A stretch of DNA of 34,045 bases from the NCBI GenBank assembly GCA_043744615.1, contig JAYTUJ010000012.1:1-34045 (forward strand). Direction: 5' to 3'. The first letter of the stretch is position 1; each line of letters starts with the position of its first letter. The notes beneath the pieces are model-generated. The model was not told where the DNA came from, made no database searches, and saw only the letters and a program-made list of their open reading frames with translations. Position numbers and translations under genes: made by a program. The DNA comes from a bacterium (GTDB taxonomy: Bacteria; Patescibacteriota; Minisyncoccia; Phycocordibacterales; CAIRYW01). Below, piece by piece: positions 8,950 through 17,885 of the stretch.

Positions 8950-9159
8950 TTAGAAAAAAAGTGATGGTACGATATTTGCCATTCGTCTCATCCAATTTGC
9001 ATTACTTGCTTGAGCAAATCGTGATAAGCGAGAGAGTAAAAACTTGTGTTGTTTTGACTCACGAGCATATGAGACTCCTTTAATAATTTTAAGATCAATT
9101 TGCTGATTAATCTTTGAAAGCTCGGTTTCTATTGTTTTGATTAAATTGTTTTTACTCAT
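8950..9159 (-). CDS. Small hypothetical protein upstream of lexA
   Basis: 69 aa from ATG 9159. The track start 9219 lies inside the promoter and operator. Confidence 0.7.
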   Translation of the reverse strand: MSKNNLIKTIETELSKINQQIDLKIIKGVSYARESKQHKFLLSRLSRFAQASNANWMRRMANIVPSLFF

Positions 9160-9197
9160 ATATTTAAGTGTTTTTTGATTTAAAACGTTATATATGT

Positions 9198-9226
9198 AGT
9201 ATAGTGAACTATGGTTCACCTGTCAA
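9198..9226 (-). promoter_or_regulatory. Sigma70 promoter with LexA-type operator in the spacer
   Basis: TTGACA(9226-21)-N17-TATACT(9203-9198); palindrome GTGAAC-TATG-GTTCAC at 9204-9219. Confidence 0.85.
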
Positions 9227-9245
9227 TAAATCACCTAATGGAACG

Positions 9246-9254
9246 TGTGGATAA
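9246..9254 (-). promoter_or_regulatory. Consensus DnaA box
   Basis: TGTGGATAA, the reverse complement of TTATCCACA; single copy. Confidence 0.45.
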
Positions 9255-9282
9255 CCTAATTATTTAGGTATTATGCCTCAGA

Positions 9283-9447
9283 CTAATCCCCTATTTTAAA
9301 TGCAACATAGATTCCCAAAATAGAACCAACAGCGCTTAATAGCATTGAACTAAAAGAAAACATACCTGCTCCCCACAATGAGGGAATATATCCACCGACT
9401 GTTCCACCGATAAACACAAAAATCCAAACTAATTTTTTTCGGTCCAT
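9283..9447 (-). CDS. Small two-TM Gly-rich membrane protein (54 aa)
   Basis: MDRKKLVWIFVFIGGTVGGYIPSLWGAGMFSFSSMLLSAVGSILGIYVAFKIGD-stop; below the track cutoff; 9 nt after the GT2 stop. Confidence 0.75.
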   Translation of the reverse strand: MDRKKLVWIFVFIGGTVGGYIPSLWGAGMFSFSSMLLSAVGSILGIYVAFKIGD

Positions 9448-9456
9448 ATATTTATA

Positions 9457-10179
9457 TTATCTAATAACTTTCCATTCTTTGCTAAATGATCTTTTTAAAA
9501 AAGTTGTGCAGAACGCATTCATAAACCACAAACTTAATAGCTTTGGCCAGCCAATTATATGCGCTCGTCTTGATGTGTGCATAATATGCATACTTGATAT
9601 AAATTTTGTTTTACCGAGTTTAGATAATCGTTTAAACATATCAAAGTCTTCTCCGGCAACAAGTTTTTCATTGTAACCTTGTGTTTGTAAAAAAGATTCT
9701 TTTTTCATCATTTGAAATTCCCCACCTGCTGCTCCATGTTTAAAAATATTATTTAAGATATACAATATTGTATTTAAAATAAAAAAGAAAAAGTTATCTG
9801 CTGGTGTAGCATGCTCAGGAAGTACTTTTATAGCCACAGAAATCGCGACGACTTGAGGATCTTTTTGAAATTCTTCAACTGCTTTTTTAAAAAAATTATC
9901 GATATCGGGAATAATTACATCAGCATCGATAAATACTAAATAGTCTCCTACTGCTTTTGATGCTCCAATATTTCTACCTTGTGCAATTGTCTGTCGAGTT
10001 GGCACCCTATGTTCTAATACCTTGTGAGCGTATTTTTTTGAAATTTCTACTGTCGCATCTTTACTTCCTCCATCAGAAACAATAATTTCGTATGGTTGTG
10101 ATGAAAAAACTTTTAAATTCGAAAGTGTTTTTTCGATTGCTTTTGCTTCATTAAGTGTGGGAATGATAATAGAAATCAT
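9457..10179 (-). CDS. Glycosyltransferase family 2
   Basis: ISIIIPTLNE, DGGSKD, GRNIGA, DAD, GED, TSRR. Confidence 0.92.
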   Translation of the reverse strand: MISIIIPTLNEAKAIEKTLSNLKVFSSQPYEIIVSDGGSKDATVEISKKYAHKVLEHRVPTRQTIAQGRNIGASKAVGDYLVFIDADVIIPDIDNFFKKAVEEFQKDPQVVAISVAIKVLPEHATPADNFFFFILNTILYILNNIFKHGAAGGEFQMMKKESFLQTQGYNEKLVAGEDFDMFKRLSKLGKTKFISSMHIMHTSRRAHIIGWPKLLSLWFMNAFCTTFLKRSFSKEWKVIR

Positions 10180-10185
10180 ACAGTG

Positions 10186-10761
10186 TTAATTTAAAGATGC
10201 GAGATATTTTGTAATAAGCTTTAATCCTATCACAATACCTAACCCTGCACAGATCACTAATCCAATTTTAAGAAAAGGAGGAATAACTATGTATATATTG
10301 CCAAGATAATAACCAACGATAATCATAATCGCACACCACAGAAACCCTCCAAGTAAGTTAATGGTTGCATATTTTTTAAATGAAACTTTTAAAATGCCTG
10401 ATGTAATAAGCGTAGCCAAAGAAAAACCCAATCCCATTGTTAGTTTTGAGATAATCAATAATTTTGTTTCAAAAGTTCTAAATCGTTTTTCTAATTTTTC
10501 AAAAATTTGTGGAGTTATGTGTATATAATTTCCCCATCGTAAAATAACTTTTCTTCCTCCAAAATAACCGACGCAGTACCACACAACGTCTGCAATAAAA
10601 TCGCCTGAAACTAAACTTATATACATTGGCAAAAAAGAAACTTCATTGATCGAATATAAAAATCCCCCACTTATCATAACAATTGGCCCTTCAAAAAAGG
10701 AACCTAAAAAAAGAAGAGCGTATTTTGAGGAATGAAAAAATAATAGTAGATGTTCAATCAT
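10186..10761 (-). CDS. DedA/VTT family membrane protein
   Basis: FFEGP, GDFIADVVWYCVGYFGG, SK motif, INLLGGFLW, GYYLG. Confidence 0.88.
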   Translation of the reverse strand: MIEHLLLFFHSSKYALLFLGSFFEGPIVMISGGFLYSINEVSFLPMYISLVSGDFIADVVWYCVGYFGGRKVILRWGNYIHITPQIFEKLEKRFRTFETKLLIISKLTMGLGFSLATLITSGILKVSFKKYATINLLGGFLWCAIMIIVGYYLGNIYIVIPPFLKIGLVICAGLGIVIGLKLITKYLASLN

Positions 10762-10772
10762 ATTTGTTTAAT

Positions 10773-11528
10773 TTATGTGTTTATTTGTATGTTTTGAGAA
10801 ACGCATTTGTGTCGAGCCTTGAAAAAATTATAGAAATATAAAAAAGAAATCTTTAAAAAACCATGTTGTTGAAATCGTCGTGCAGATGTTTTTACAATAA
10901 AGTTTTTATCAAAAATCATGTTTCCCATTGGAGAAATTCTTTTTGCCATATCAGCACCATCGCCATAAAATGTATACGATGTATTGTAACCACCAACCTT
11001 ACTTAACACATCAGCCTTAAAAAAAACATTTCCTTCAATAATAATCCCTCCTTTGTGAGAATGGTTTAACACTTGATGTAACCACGGGTAAATATATTTT
11101 TGAATAAAAAGTGAAAAATTTCTAAATAAAGGTTTTGCATCGTAATAGTCGTAAGGCCCTGTAAGCATAATAATAGGCTCGTCAGTAGACTGCCCAGAAA
11201 CATCTTTAAATTGAGCCGCACCATTTGATATCCAATCTGTTTCGGGCAAACAATCAGCATCGAGATTTGCAATAATTTCACCACAAGCTTCTTTTCGTCC
11301 TCGTTCACGTGCCCATTGAGTACCTTTATTTATTTCGTCTACTAATATTATTTTGTTTGGATTTTGTTGAATAATTCTTTGTACAACTTGTGCGCTATTA
11401 TCTGTACTTGCATTGTTAACAACGATTATTTCAAAGTCTTCGTAATTTTGCTTTAAAAGCGCATGAAGGGCTGCTTCAATATCTTTTTCTTCATTATATA
11501 TCGGAATAATTACTGATACTTTTTTCAT
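10773..11528 (-). CDS. Glycosyltransferase family 2
   Basis: VSVIIPIYNEE, NNASTD, LDADC, TSARRF. Confidence 0.92.
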   Translation of the reverse strand: MKKVSVIIPIYNEEKDIEAALHALLKQNYEDFEIIVVNNASTDNSAQVVQRIIQQNPNKIILVDEINKGTQWARERGRKEACGEIIANLDADCLPETDWISNGAAQFKDVSGQSTDEPIIMLTGPYDYYDAKPLFRNFSLFIQKYIYPWLHQVLNHSHKGGIIIEGNVFFKADVLSKVGGYNTSYTFYGDGADMAKRISPMGNMIFDKNFIVKTSARRFQQHGFLKISFLYFYNFFKARHKCVSQNIQINT

Positions 11529-11530
11529 AT

Positions 11531-12163
11531 CTATCGCAATTCGAGTGTTCGTCGTATTTGGTCAAATTGATTTAATAATTGTTCTCGATTAAATTTCTTT
11601 ATTGTTGTTGGATCATAATTTTCATACACGGTAGAGTGAATAAAATATCGAATCGCAACACACCGATTATGTTGTGAAAAAGCATATATAGTTTGCTCAT
11701 ATCTATTTCCTGCTGCTGCATCAGTCGAAGAAAATACTGAGTACGTTGTTTCATTATCTATAATTGTTTTTAAATCTTGTTGCGCGGGTACACTGTCGGC
11801 AAATAAACGAGCGTCGCAATGTTGATCAAAAGGAACTTCTTCAAAACTTATGTATGAATCTTTTGATAAATTTGTTCCTTGTGCAAAAGAAGTTGGGATT
11901 GTAAATCGCACACCAGAAATTGTTTTTTCTGGACTCACTGCATGTTTAAACCCTTCATCAATTATATATGTCGTATCGTTAAATTTTATAGACGAAGTAG
12001 TTTGTGGAAGACTTATTGAAAAATGGTAGGCTGAATTAACATATTCTTGATTATCATCATTGTTATCATCAAGAGTTTCTTTATGAAACATTCGATACGA
12101 AACACCGAATCCAATAATAAACGCAAGGAGTATAACAATACCAACGTAAGGTTTTTTCATCAT
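11531..12163 (-). CDS. Membrane-anchored extracytoplasmic hypothetical protein
   Basis: N-terminal TM then YVNSAYHFSISLP, DAAAGNRY and a Cys pair. Confidence 0.7.
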   Translation of the reverse strand: MMKKPYVGIVILLAFIIGFGVSYRMFHKETLDDNNDDNQEYVNSAYHFSISLPQTTSSIKFNDTTYIIDEGFKHAVSPEKTISGVRFTIPTSFAQGTNLSKDSYISFEEVPFDQHCDARLFADSVPAQQDLKTIIDNETTYSVFSSTDAAAGNRYEQTIYAFSQHNRCVAIRYFIHSTVYENYDPTTIKKFNREQLLNQFDQIRRTLELR

Positions 12164-12177
12164 TTAATAATAGCACG

Positions 12178-13350
12178 CTACTGATATTGAATATATATCG
12201 GTTGTGGAGTGAGTGAAAGAATTTCTGATGGAGTTGTCAGACGAGTACTTGGCGCTCGAAGATCGTTTTTATAAAATAATTTAAAGCCGGTAAACTGTAC
12301 TGGTTCGGGAGCAACAACTTGATTATAGGTTCCAATCTTTTTTTGAGCTGGTCCCCAACCGTCCATATGAATTACAATTTGAACTTCCGGAAGTGGCGCA
12401 ATCTTTTTATAATTTGTGACCATGTTTTGAGTGTACCGATGCACAATCAAAACTTTTGGTGGCAAATTATTTTTCTTTACCAAATCTGCTAAATAATTAG
12501 CTACATAATTTATATCAGTTGCATCCATTGTTCCAACAACAGTTCCTGGCTTTGCTCCTGTCTTCATTGAAAATTCAGGGTCGATTGCGAGGTGAACTTG
12601 GGGCATCTTTAAATATTTTTCAAGTAAAGGAATTTCTGTTTGCAAATTACTTAATGCAACTTGAACATCAAGAATTAAAATCCCTTTTACTTTATCAGCC
12701 ATTTCAAGGGCATGATCAATTTCTTTTTCAGGCATTCGTAATCGATACTTTCCATCACCAGCACTTCCTTGAGCAGTTACGGCTATATAATGAATAGCGG
12801 GTATTACAGGGGTATTAGGATCAGCACGATTCCATTTATCTTGTTCAAAAGAAAGTTTTTTTAATACTTCGTCTTCAGAATATTCTCCGAGAACTCCCAT
12901 TCCTTTTGAATAAAAGTTTCCATAAAAAGCAAGAATCCTTTTAAAAGGCAATATCGCACCCGCGTTTGGATAGACAGTTTTTGCTGGCCATACATATGTT
13001 TTTACTGTGGTTGAAGCCAGTTTTGTTGAGGAAACTTTTTTTGTAGAAGTCCCCGTGCTTGAAGAAACTTTTAACGACAACGACGAAGTGGTTGCAACAC
13101 TTACAACAACATCTCGATGTGCAAGATGCAACATACGCTTGTCGTAATCAGCGATATCTAAAACCGATACAGGTACAACTATTTTTTTTACAACTTTTTT
13201 TATATCTTTCGTTTGAGTGCTCAATTCATTATATGAAACAGAAAACAACTTACTCTGTCCAAATGCATACAATGCAATTGAACATGCAATAAAAATTACA
13301 CTGCCTATGATTATTTTTTTGTTATTTTTTGAGCTAATAGCAAAAATTAT
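12178..13350 (-). CDS. Exported hypothetical protein, start uncertain
   Basis: The track ORF starts at TTG 13272 but the frame is open to 13350 and encodes a basic-hydrophobic signal segment; Ser/Thr linker; globular domain LAFYGN...LAIDPEF...HMDGWG...GFKLFY. Confidence 0.7.
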   Translation of the reverse strand: MIFAISSKNNKKIIIGSVIFIACSIALYAFGQSKLFSVSYNELSTQTKDIKKVVKKIVVPVSVLDIADYDKRMLHLAHRDVVVSVATTSSLSLKVSSSTGTSTKKVSSTKLASTTVKTYVWPAKTVYPNAGAILPFKRILAFYGNFYSKGMGVLGEYSEDEVLKKLSFEQDKWNRADPNTPVIPAIHYIAVTAQGSAGDGKYRLRMPEKEIDHALEMADKVKGILILDVQVALSNLQTEIPLLEKYLKMPQVHLAIDPEFSMKTGAKPGTVVGTMDATDINYVANYLADLVKKNNLPPKVLIVHRYTQNMVTNYKKIAPLPEVQIVIHMDGWGPAQKKIGTYNQVVAPEPVQFTGFKLFYKNDLRAPSTRLTTPSEILSLTPQPIYIQYQ

Positions 13351-13796
13351 TTAACTTCTGGTGTTGAAGGTCCACTACATACACAAGTTTTGTTTGCATC
13401 ACACGCAGGACAACATGACTTTCCACAAAATTTAACTGAGATTTTTCCTGGGCCTGCACCAAAGATTGCAATTGTTGAAGCAAGAGTTGCTAAAGGAAAA
13501 CCAAATGCCATCATTCCGTTTGGCCACATAAGATATACAGCAACTGCCATAATAATAGAAAGAAAAGCAGAGGCTACACATGACCATACTCCAAGACCAA
13601 TTAAAACTCCACCGACAAGTTCACCGTATGAGACGATGTAGGTAAGAAATGTAGGAATATGCATACTACTCATAAACTTAATTGTGTTTGGCATATCAGA
13701 AACTTTTGCCCATCCACTTGATATAAAAATCACCGCAATAATAATTCGAGAAATAAAAAGTGCAATGTCTGCACGTGCATGTAATATTTTTTTCAT
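13347..13796 (-). CDS. DoxX family membrane protein
   Basis: RIIIAVIFISSGWAK, ELVGGVLIGLG, GAGPGKIS; Cys-rich tail. Confidence 0.9.
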   Translation of the reverse strand: MKKILHARADIALFISRIIIAVIFISSGWAKVSDMPNTIKFMSSMHIPTFLTYIVSYGELVGGVLIGLGVWSCVASAFLSIIMAVAVYLMWPNGMMAFGFPLATLASTIAIFGAGPGKISVKFCGKSCCPACDANKTCVCSGPSTPEVK

Positions 13797-13884
13797 AATT
13801 TAATTTTAACATACAAAAATTCGATTACTAGCAAGTTTTACTCAGTTTTGAGATTCTTTAAAAAATGCATATAATACAAGCCAT

Positions 13885-16059
13885 ATGCACGATAAGTTTA
13901 CAAAACCATACAGTCCTGAAGAAACTGAAAACTCGATATATAAAGTTTGGGAAGAATCGGGTTTTTTTAATCCTGATAATTTGCCTGGCGAGCGAAGCGA
14001 GCCGTTTACTATCGTCATGCCCCCACCAAATGCAAACGGTGATTTGCACGTTGGTCATTCCCTTTTTATTACTCTCGAAGATTTGATTATTCGTTTCAAA
14101 CGAATGCAAGGTTATAAAGCATTATGGATTCCTGGAAGAGACCATGGTGGTTTTGAAACCCAAACTGTATACGAAAAGAAATTAGAAAAAGAAGGACGAT
14201 CACGATTTAAAATGGATCCTCAAGATTTGTATAAAGAAATTTATGCATTCACCATTGAAAATAAAGCAAAGATGGAAAACCAAGTTCGAAAAATTGGTGC
14301 TTCATGCGACTGGTCTCGAGAAAAGTTTACCCTTGATGCTGATGTAATCAAAAAAGTTCAACAAACATTTAAAAAAATGTATGACGATGGTTTGGTATAT
14401 CGAGACAATCGAATGGTTAACTGGTGTACAAAACATCAAACTTCCCTTTCTGATGTAGAAACCGAAACAAAAGAAATGACTGACAAACTGTATTACATTA
14501 AATACGGGCCCGTTACTGTTGCAACGGTACGACCAGAAACAATTTTTGGTGACGTTGCTGTTGCAGTAAACCCTACTGACGAACGATACAAACATTTAAT
14601 TGATACAACAATTACCGTACAAATTCCAACTGGTGATTTAGTACTCAAAGTTATTGGCGATAGCATAGTAGAAAAAGATTTTGGAACTGGTGCATTAAAA
14701 ATTACTCCTGCGCACGATAAAAACGATTTTGAATTAGGACGTCGTCATGGATTAACTTCAGTTGAAGTGATCGACCGTTTTGGAAAACTAAACGAAAAAA
14801 CAGGAAAATATGCGGGCTTAAAAATTGCTGAAGCCCGCAAACAAGTTGTTGCCGACCTTGAAGCAATGAACTTAATTGAAAAAACAGAAGAATATCTTCA
14901 CCCTGTTCCGACTTGTTATAAATGCGCGACGGTTATCGAACCACGACAACTTCCACAATGGTATGTAAGTATGAAACCGCTTGCAGAAAAAGCACTTGAA
15001 GCTGTTGAAAAAGGTGAGGTTACTTTTTATCCCGACAACTATCGAAAAATATTTAATTATTGGATGTCGAATACACTTGATTGGAATATTTCAAGGCAGA
15101 TTGTATGGGGTATTTCTATTCCTGCAAAAATTTGTACAGCGTGCGGGCAAGGATTTCCTGATCTTGAAAACACTTTATTAGCTTGTGAAAAATGTAATGG
15201 CGAAGTTATTGCAGACACCGACACCTTTGATACTTGGTTTTCATCAGGACAATGGCCTTTAATTACAACAGGTTTTGCACTCGAAGAAAAAAATCAAACA
15301 AAAGATTTCAAAACATTCTACCCTACCAATGTAATGGAAACTGGGTACGATCTTATTTTCAAATGGATTCCTCGAATGATTATTTTTGGATTATATCTTT
15401 CAGGAGAAGTTCCATTTAAAGATGTGTACTTGCATGGACTCGTAAACGATGCGCAAGGTAAAAAAATGAGTAAGAGTAAAGGCAATGTAATTAATCCGCT
15501 CGACATGACTGCCAAATACGGTACTGATGCGTTGCGAATGGCTTTAGTTGTTGCCAATCCTGCCGGAAGCGACACTGCCCTTTCTGAAAATAAAATTAAA
15601 GGTTATAAAAACTTTGCAAATAAATTGTGGAATATTTCAAGATTCGTATTTTCAAACACCGAAGGAATTATTCTTGATGAAACACCGATTACTGAAGAAC
15701 AAAAAAATATTACTGCCGATGCCGATAAAATCTTGATACAAGAATACGTAGAAATAATAAAAGATATTACTGCAGACCTTGAAGCGTACCGATTTCATCT
15801 TGCTTCAGAAAAAATATATCACTATGTATGGGACCGCTACGCAGCAATTATTATTGAAGAAAGTAAAGCAGTACTTGCAAATGACCAAGACATACAAGCA
15901 AAAACTTCTCGACAATATACTTTGTTATTAATTCTAAAAAATATCATTGCAGTACTGCACCCTTTCATGCCTTTTATTACCGAAGAAATTTGGTCACATA
16001 TTTGCAAAAAAGAAAAAGAGTTATTAATTATTGCTCCGTGGCCGTATAAAAAAATATAA
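13885..16059 (+). CDS. valS: Valine-tRNA ligase, short form
   Basis: PPPNANGDLHVGH, DWNISRQIVWG, DTWFSS, KMSKS, LHPFMPFITEEIW. Confidence 0.97.
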   Translation: MHDKFTKPYSPEETENSIYKVWEESGFFNPDNLPGERSEPFTIVMPPPNANGDLHVGHSLFITLEDLIIRFKRMQGYKALWIPGRDHGGFETQTVYEKKLEKEGRSRFKMDPQDLYKEIYAFTIENKAKMENQVRKIGASCDWSREKFTLDADVIKKVQQTFKKMYDDGLVYRDNRMVNWCTKHQTSLSDVETETKEMTDKLYYIKYGPVTVATVRPETIFGDVAVAVNPTDERYKHLIDTTITVQIPTGDLVLKVIGDSIVEKDFGTGALKITPAHDKNDFELGRRHGLTSVEVIDRFGKLNEKTGKYAGLKIAEARKQVVADLEAMNLIEKTEEYLHPVPTCYKCATVIEPRQLPQWYVSMKPLAEKALEAVEKGEVTFYPDNYRKIFNYWMSNTLDWNISRQIVWGISIPAKICTACGQGFPDLENTLLACEKCNGEVIADTDTFDTWFSSGQWPLITTGFALEEKNQTKDFKTFYPTNVMETGYDLIFKWIPRMIIFGLYLSGEVPFKDVYLHGLVNDAQGKKMSKSKGNVINPLDMTAKYGTDALRMALVVANPAGSDTALSENKIKGYKNFANKLWNISRFVFSNTEGIILDETPITEEQKNITADADKILIQEYVEIIKDITADLEAYRFHLASEKIYHYVWDRYAAIIIEESKAVLANDQDIQAKTSRQYTLLLILKNIIAVLHPFMPFITEEIWSHICKKEKELLIIAPWPYKKI

Positions 16060-16064
16060 ATAAA

Positions 16065-16733
16065 CTAACCTCGAAACGTATCGGCAAGTTTTGAAACCAT
16101 ATTACCTTTTGGATCTACCACTAAAAAACCTCGTAGAAAAGCTTCTTTGAGACGTTTTAATTTTGTTGGAATAGAATTATTAAATCGTTTTACAAACTTA
16201 GCGTAATGAGGCGACTTTTTTTGCAATAATTCTTCAGCATTAAATGATTTGGTTTCAATGCCGTGATTTTTAAATATTTTCGAAGCACGCTTTGTATGAA
16301 AACCTACGGTTAGCAAGGCAGGTGTGGATTGTTGTGTTTCATTTTCGCGATCCAATATATTTTTTATCTCTTTTGCATTTCCATGTGTATCTAAAGATTG
16401 TTCTTCTAAGATAATATTCTCGTCGCAAATTTGTGGATACGTTTCGTGCGGATATTTTAAAAGAATATACGTTTTCATCGCTTCTGATTCAGAAGGAAAT
16501 TCTTTGCCGGCAGTTTTTCCACCCGAAATAATAAGTCGGTCGGTCATGCCCGAAATTAACATTTCAGCACCTGCGATTGCGCACATTTTTGACTCGACAC
16601 TCAGCTCAGGATTTTTTGAATACTCACGCCAATTTTGTCCCAACACAAAAACAGTATCAAAGTGATCGGGAGTTTGCTCATGAGATTCTTGAGAATCTTC
16701 TGGACTGTTTACATGTATTGGTTTTTCAGACAT
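16065..16733 (-). CDS. YdcF/DUF218 family protein
   Basis: VFVLG, IISGG, SESEAM, EEQSLDTHGNA, FHTKRA. Confidence 0.88.
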   Translation of the reverse strand: MSEKPIHVNSPEDSQESHEQTPDHFDTVFVLGQNWREYSKNPELSVESKMCAIAGAEMLISGMTDRLIISGGKTAGKEFPSESEAMKTYILLKYPHETYPQICDENIILEEQSLDTHGNAKEIKNILDRENETQQSTPALLTVGFHTKRASKIFKNHGIETKSFNAEELLQKKSPHYAKFVKRFNNSIPTKLKRLKEAFLRGFLVVDPKGNMVSKLADTFRG

Positions 16734-16742
16734 ACAACAATA

Positions 16743-16994
16743 TTAACCTGTCGCGTTTATTAATTCTAATTTCTCTTCCCTTTTCATTCGTTTAATTTCT
16801 GCTTCGCGACTGCGAGCTTCGGCAAAAGTTTTTACTTTTTCAGAATATACCAATTCAACAGGCCGTCTAATTTTTGTATAATGCGCTCCCGATTTTAAAT
16901 TATTATGTTGATGTAATCTTTTTTGTATATCGTTTGTTGAGCCAACATAGAGGGTTGAATCGGAGCATTTGAGGATATATACAAAATATTTCAT
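16743..16994 (-). CDS. GIY-YIG nuclease, YhbQ/UPF0213-like
   Basis: YFVYILKCSDSTLYVGST, RLHQHN, GAHYT, RPVELVY, REAEIK. Confidence 0.92.
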   Translation of the reverse strand: MKYFVYILKCSDSTLYVGSTNDIQKRLHQHNNLKSGAHYTKIRRPVELVYSEKVKTFAEARSREAEIKRMKREEKLELINATG

Positions 16995-17145
16995 ACTCTA
17001 TGTGAGTTGATCGTTTAGCATGTCAGTTAGTAGATTATATTTTCACCTTCTGTCATAAAATTATAATAACATATATTTAAGCCGGGAATATAAGCATGGT
17101 TTCAGCAATCTATTTATCTTGTGAATAGATACTCCATCATATTAC

Positions 17146-17880
17146 TTATAATTCTTTCTGTATTTCATCAAACCATAACCCGTAGCCTTTGTCATTGAGG
17201 TGTAAAAAATCATTAGCATAATACTCATTTGGATTTTCTAAAACAACCTTTGTCAAAGAAGAATCAATCAAATTAATATAATGTGCACCGGTTGCTTGAG
17301 CTTGTTTTATGTAAATATCCCGAACTTCATAACTTCTTTTTGAAAGCAGTGCATTAATGTACCAGGGAAAGAATTTTGAATCACCGACATTTCCTGAATG
17401 AAGAAAAATAACTTTGTTACTATTCGCTATTGTCCACGCAAGAACTTTTTGTATCCCCTCTTCAATATTTTTTATTGATGTAAATCTAATGATGTCATTT
17501 GCACCAATTTGAATAAGAATAATATCAAATTTTTGAGTTGTATCTATTGTTTTAATTTTTTCAAGCAAACCAGCAATTTTTAAACCGTTCTCAGAAATAT
17601 TCGTAATCGTTGCATTTGGATACATACTTCCTAATCGCCCAGCTGTAGTATTTTTAGGATCTTCTGAGCCGGTTCCAACCATAGTACTATCACCAAGAAC
17701 AAGAATATTTGTCTGTGCGTTTACAACCGTTCGAGAAAACGGAATTGCTTTTTTCATCAATACTCCAGTCTTGCGTAACAACATAATTGTTCGGACAATA
17801 TCAAATAGCAAAACGATACCGACAAGTATTACGAATATAATAATTATAGAAATAAATTCCATATAGGTTATTGCTCGCAA
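17146..17880 (-). CDS. SGNH/GDSL hydrolase, membrane-anchored
   Basis: LGDST block I, GANDI block III, DFLH block V; the start may be ATG 17862. Confidence 0.9.
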   Translation of the reverse strand: MRAITYMEFISIIIIFVILVGIVLLFDIVRTIMLLRKTGVLMKKAIPFSRTVVNAQTNILVLGDSTMVGTGSEDPKNTTAGRLGSMYPNATITNISENGLKIAGLLEKIKTIDTTQKFDIILIQIGANDIIRFTSIKNIEEGIQKVLAWTIANSNKVIFLHSGNVGDSKFFPWYINALLSKRSYEVRDIYIKQAQATGAHYINLIDSSLTKVVLENPNEYYANDFLHLNDKGYGLWFDEIQKEL

Positions 17881-17885
17881 ATCTA

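Noticed and set aside
9227-9282. Replication origin
   Set aside because: Only one DnaA box, with no cluster and no dnaA/dnaN nearby.
13797-13884. T-box leader for valS
   Set aside because: The intergenic space is under 90 nt, holds divergent promoters and has no T-box sequence.
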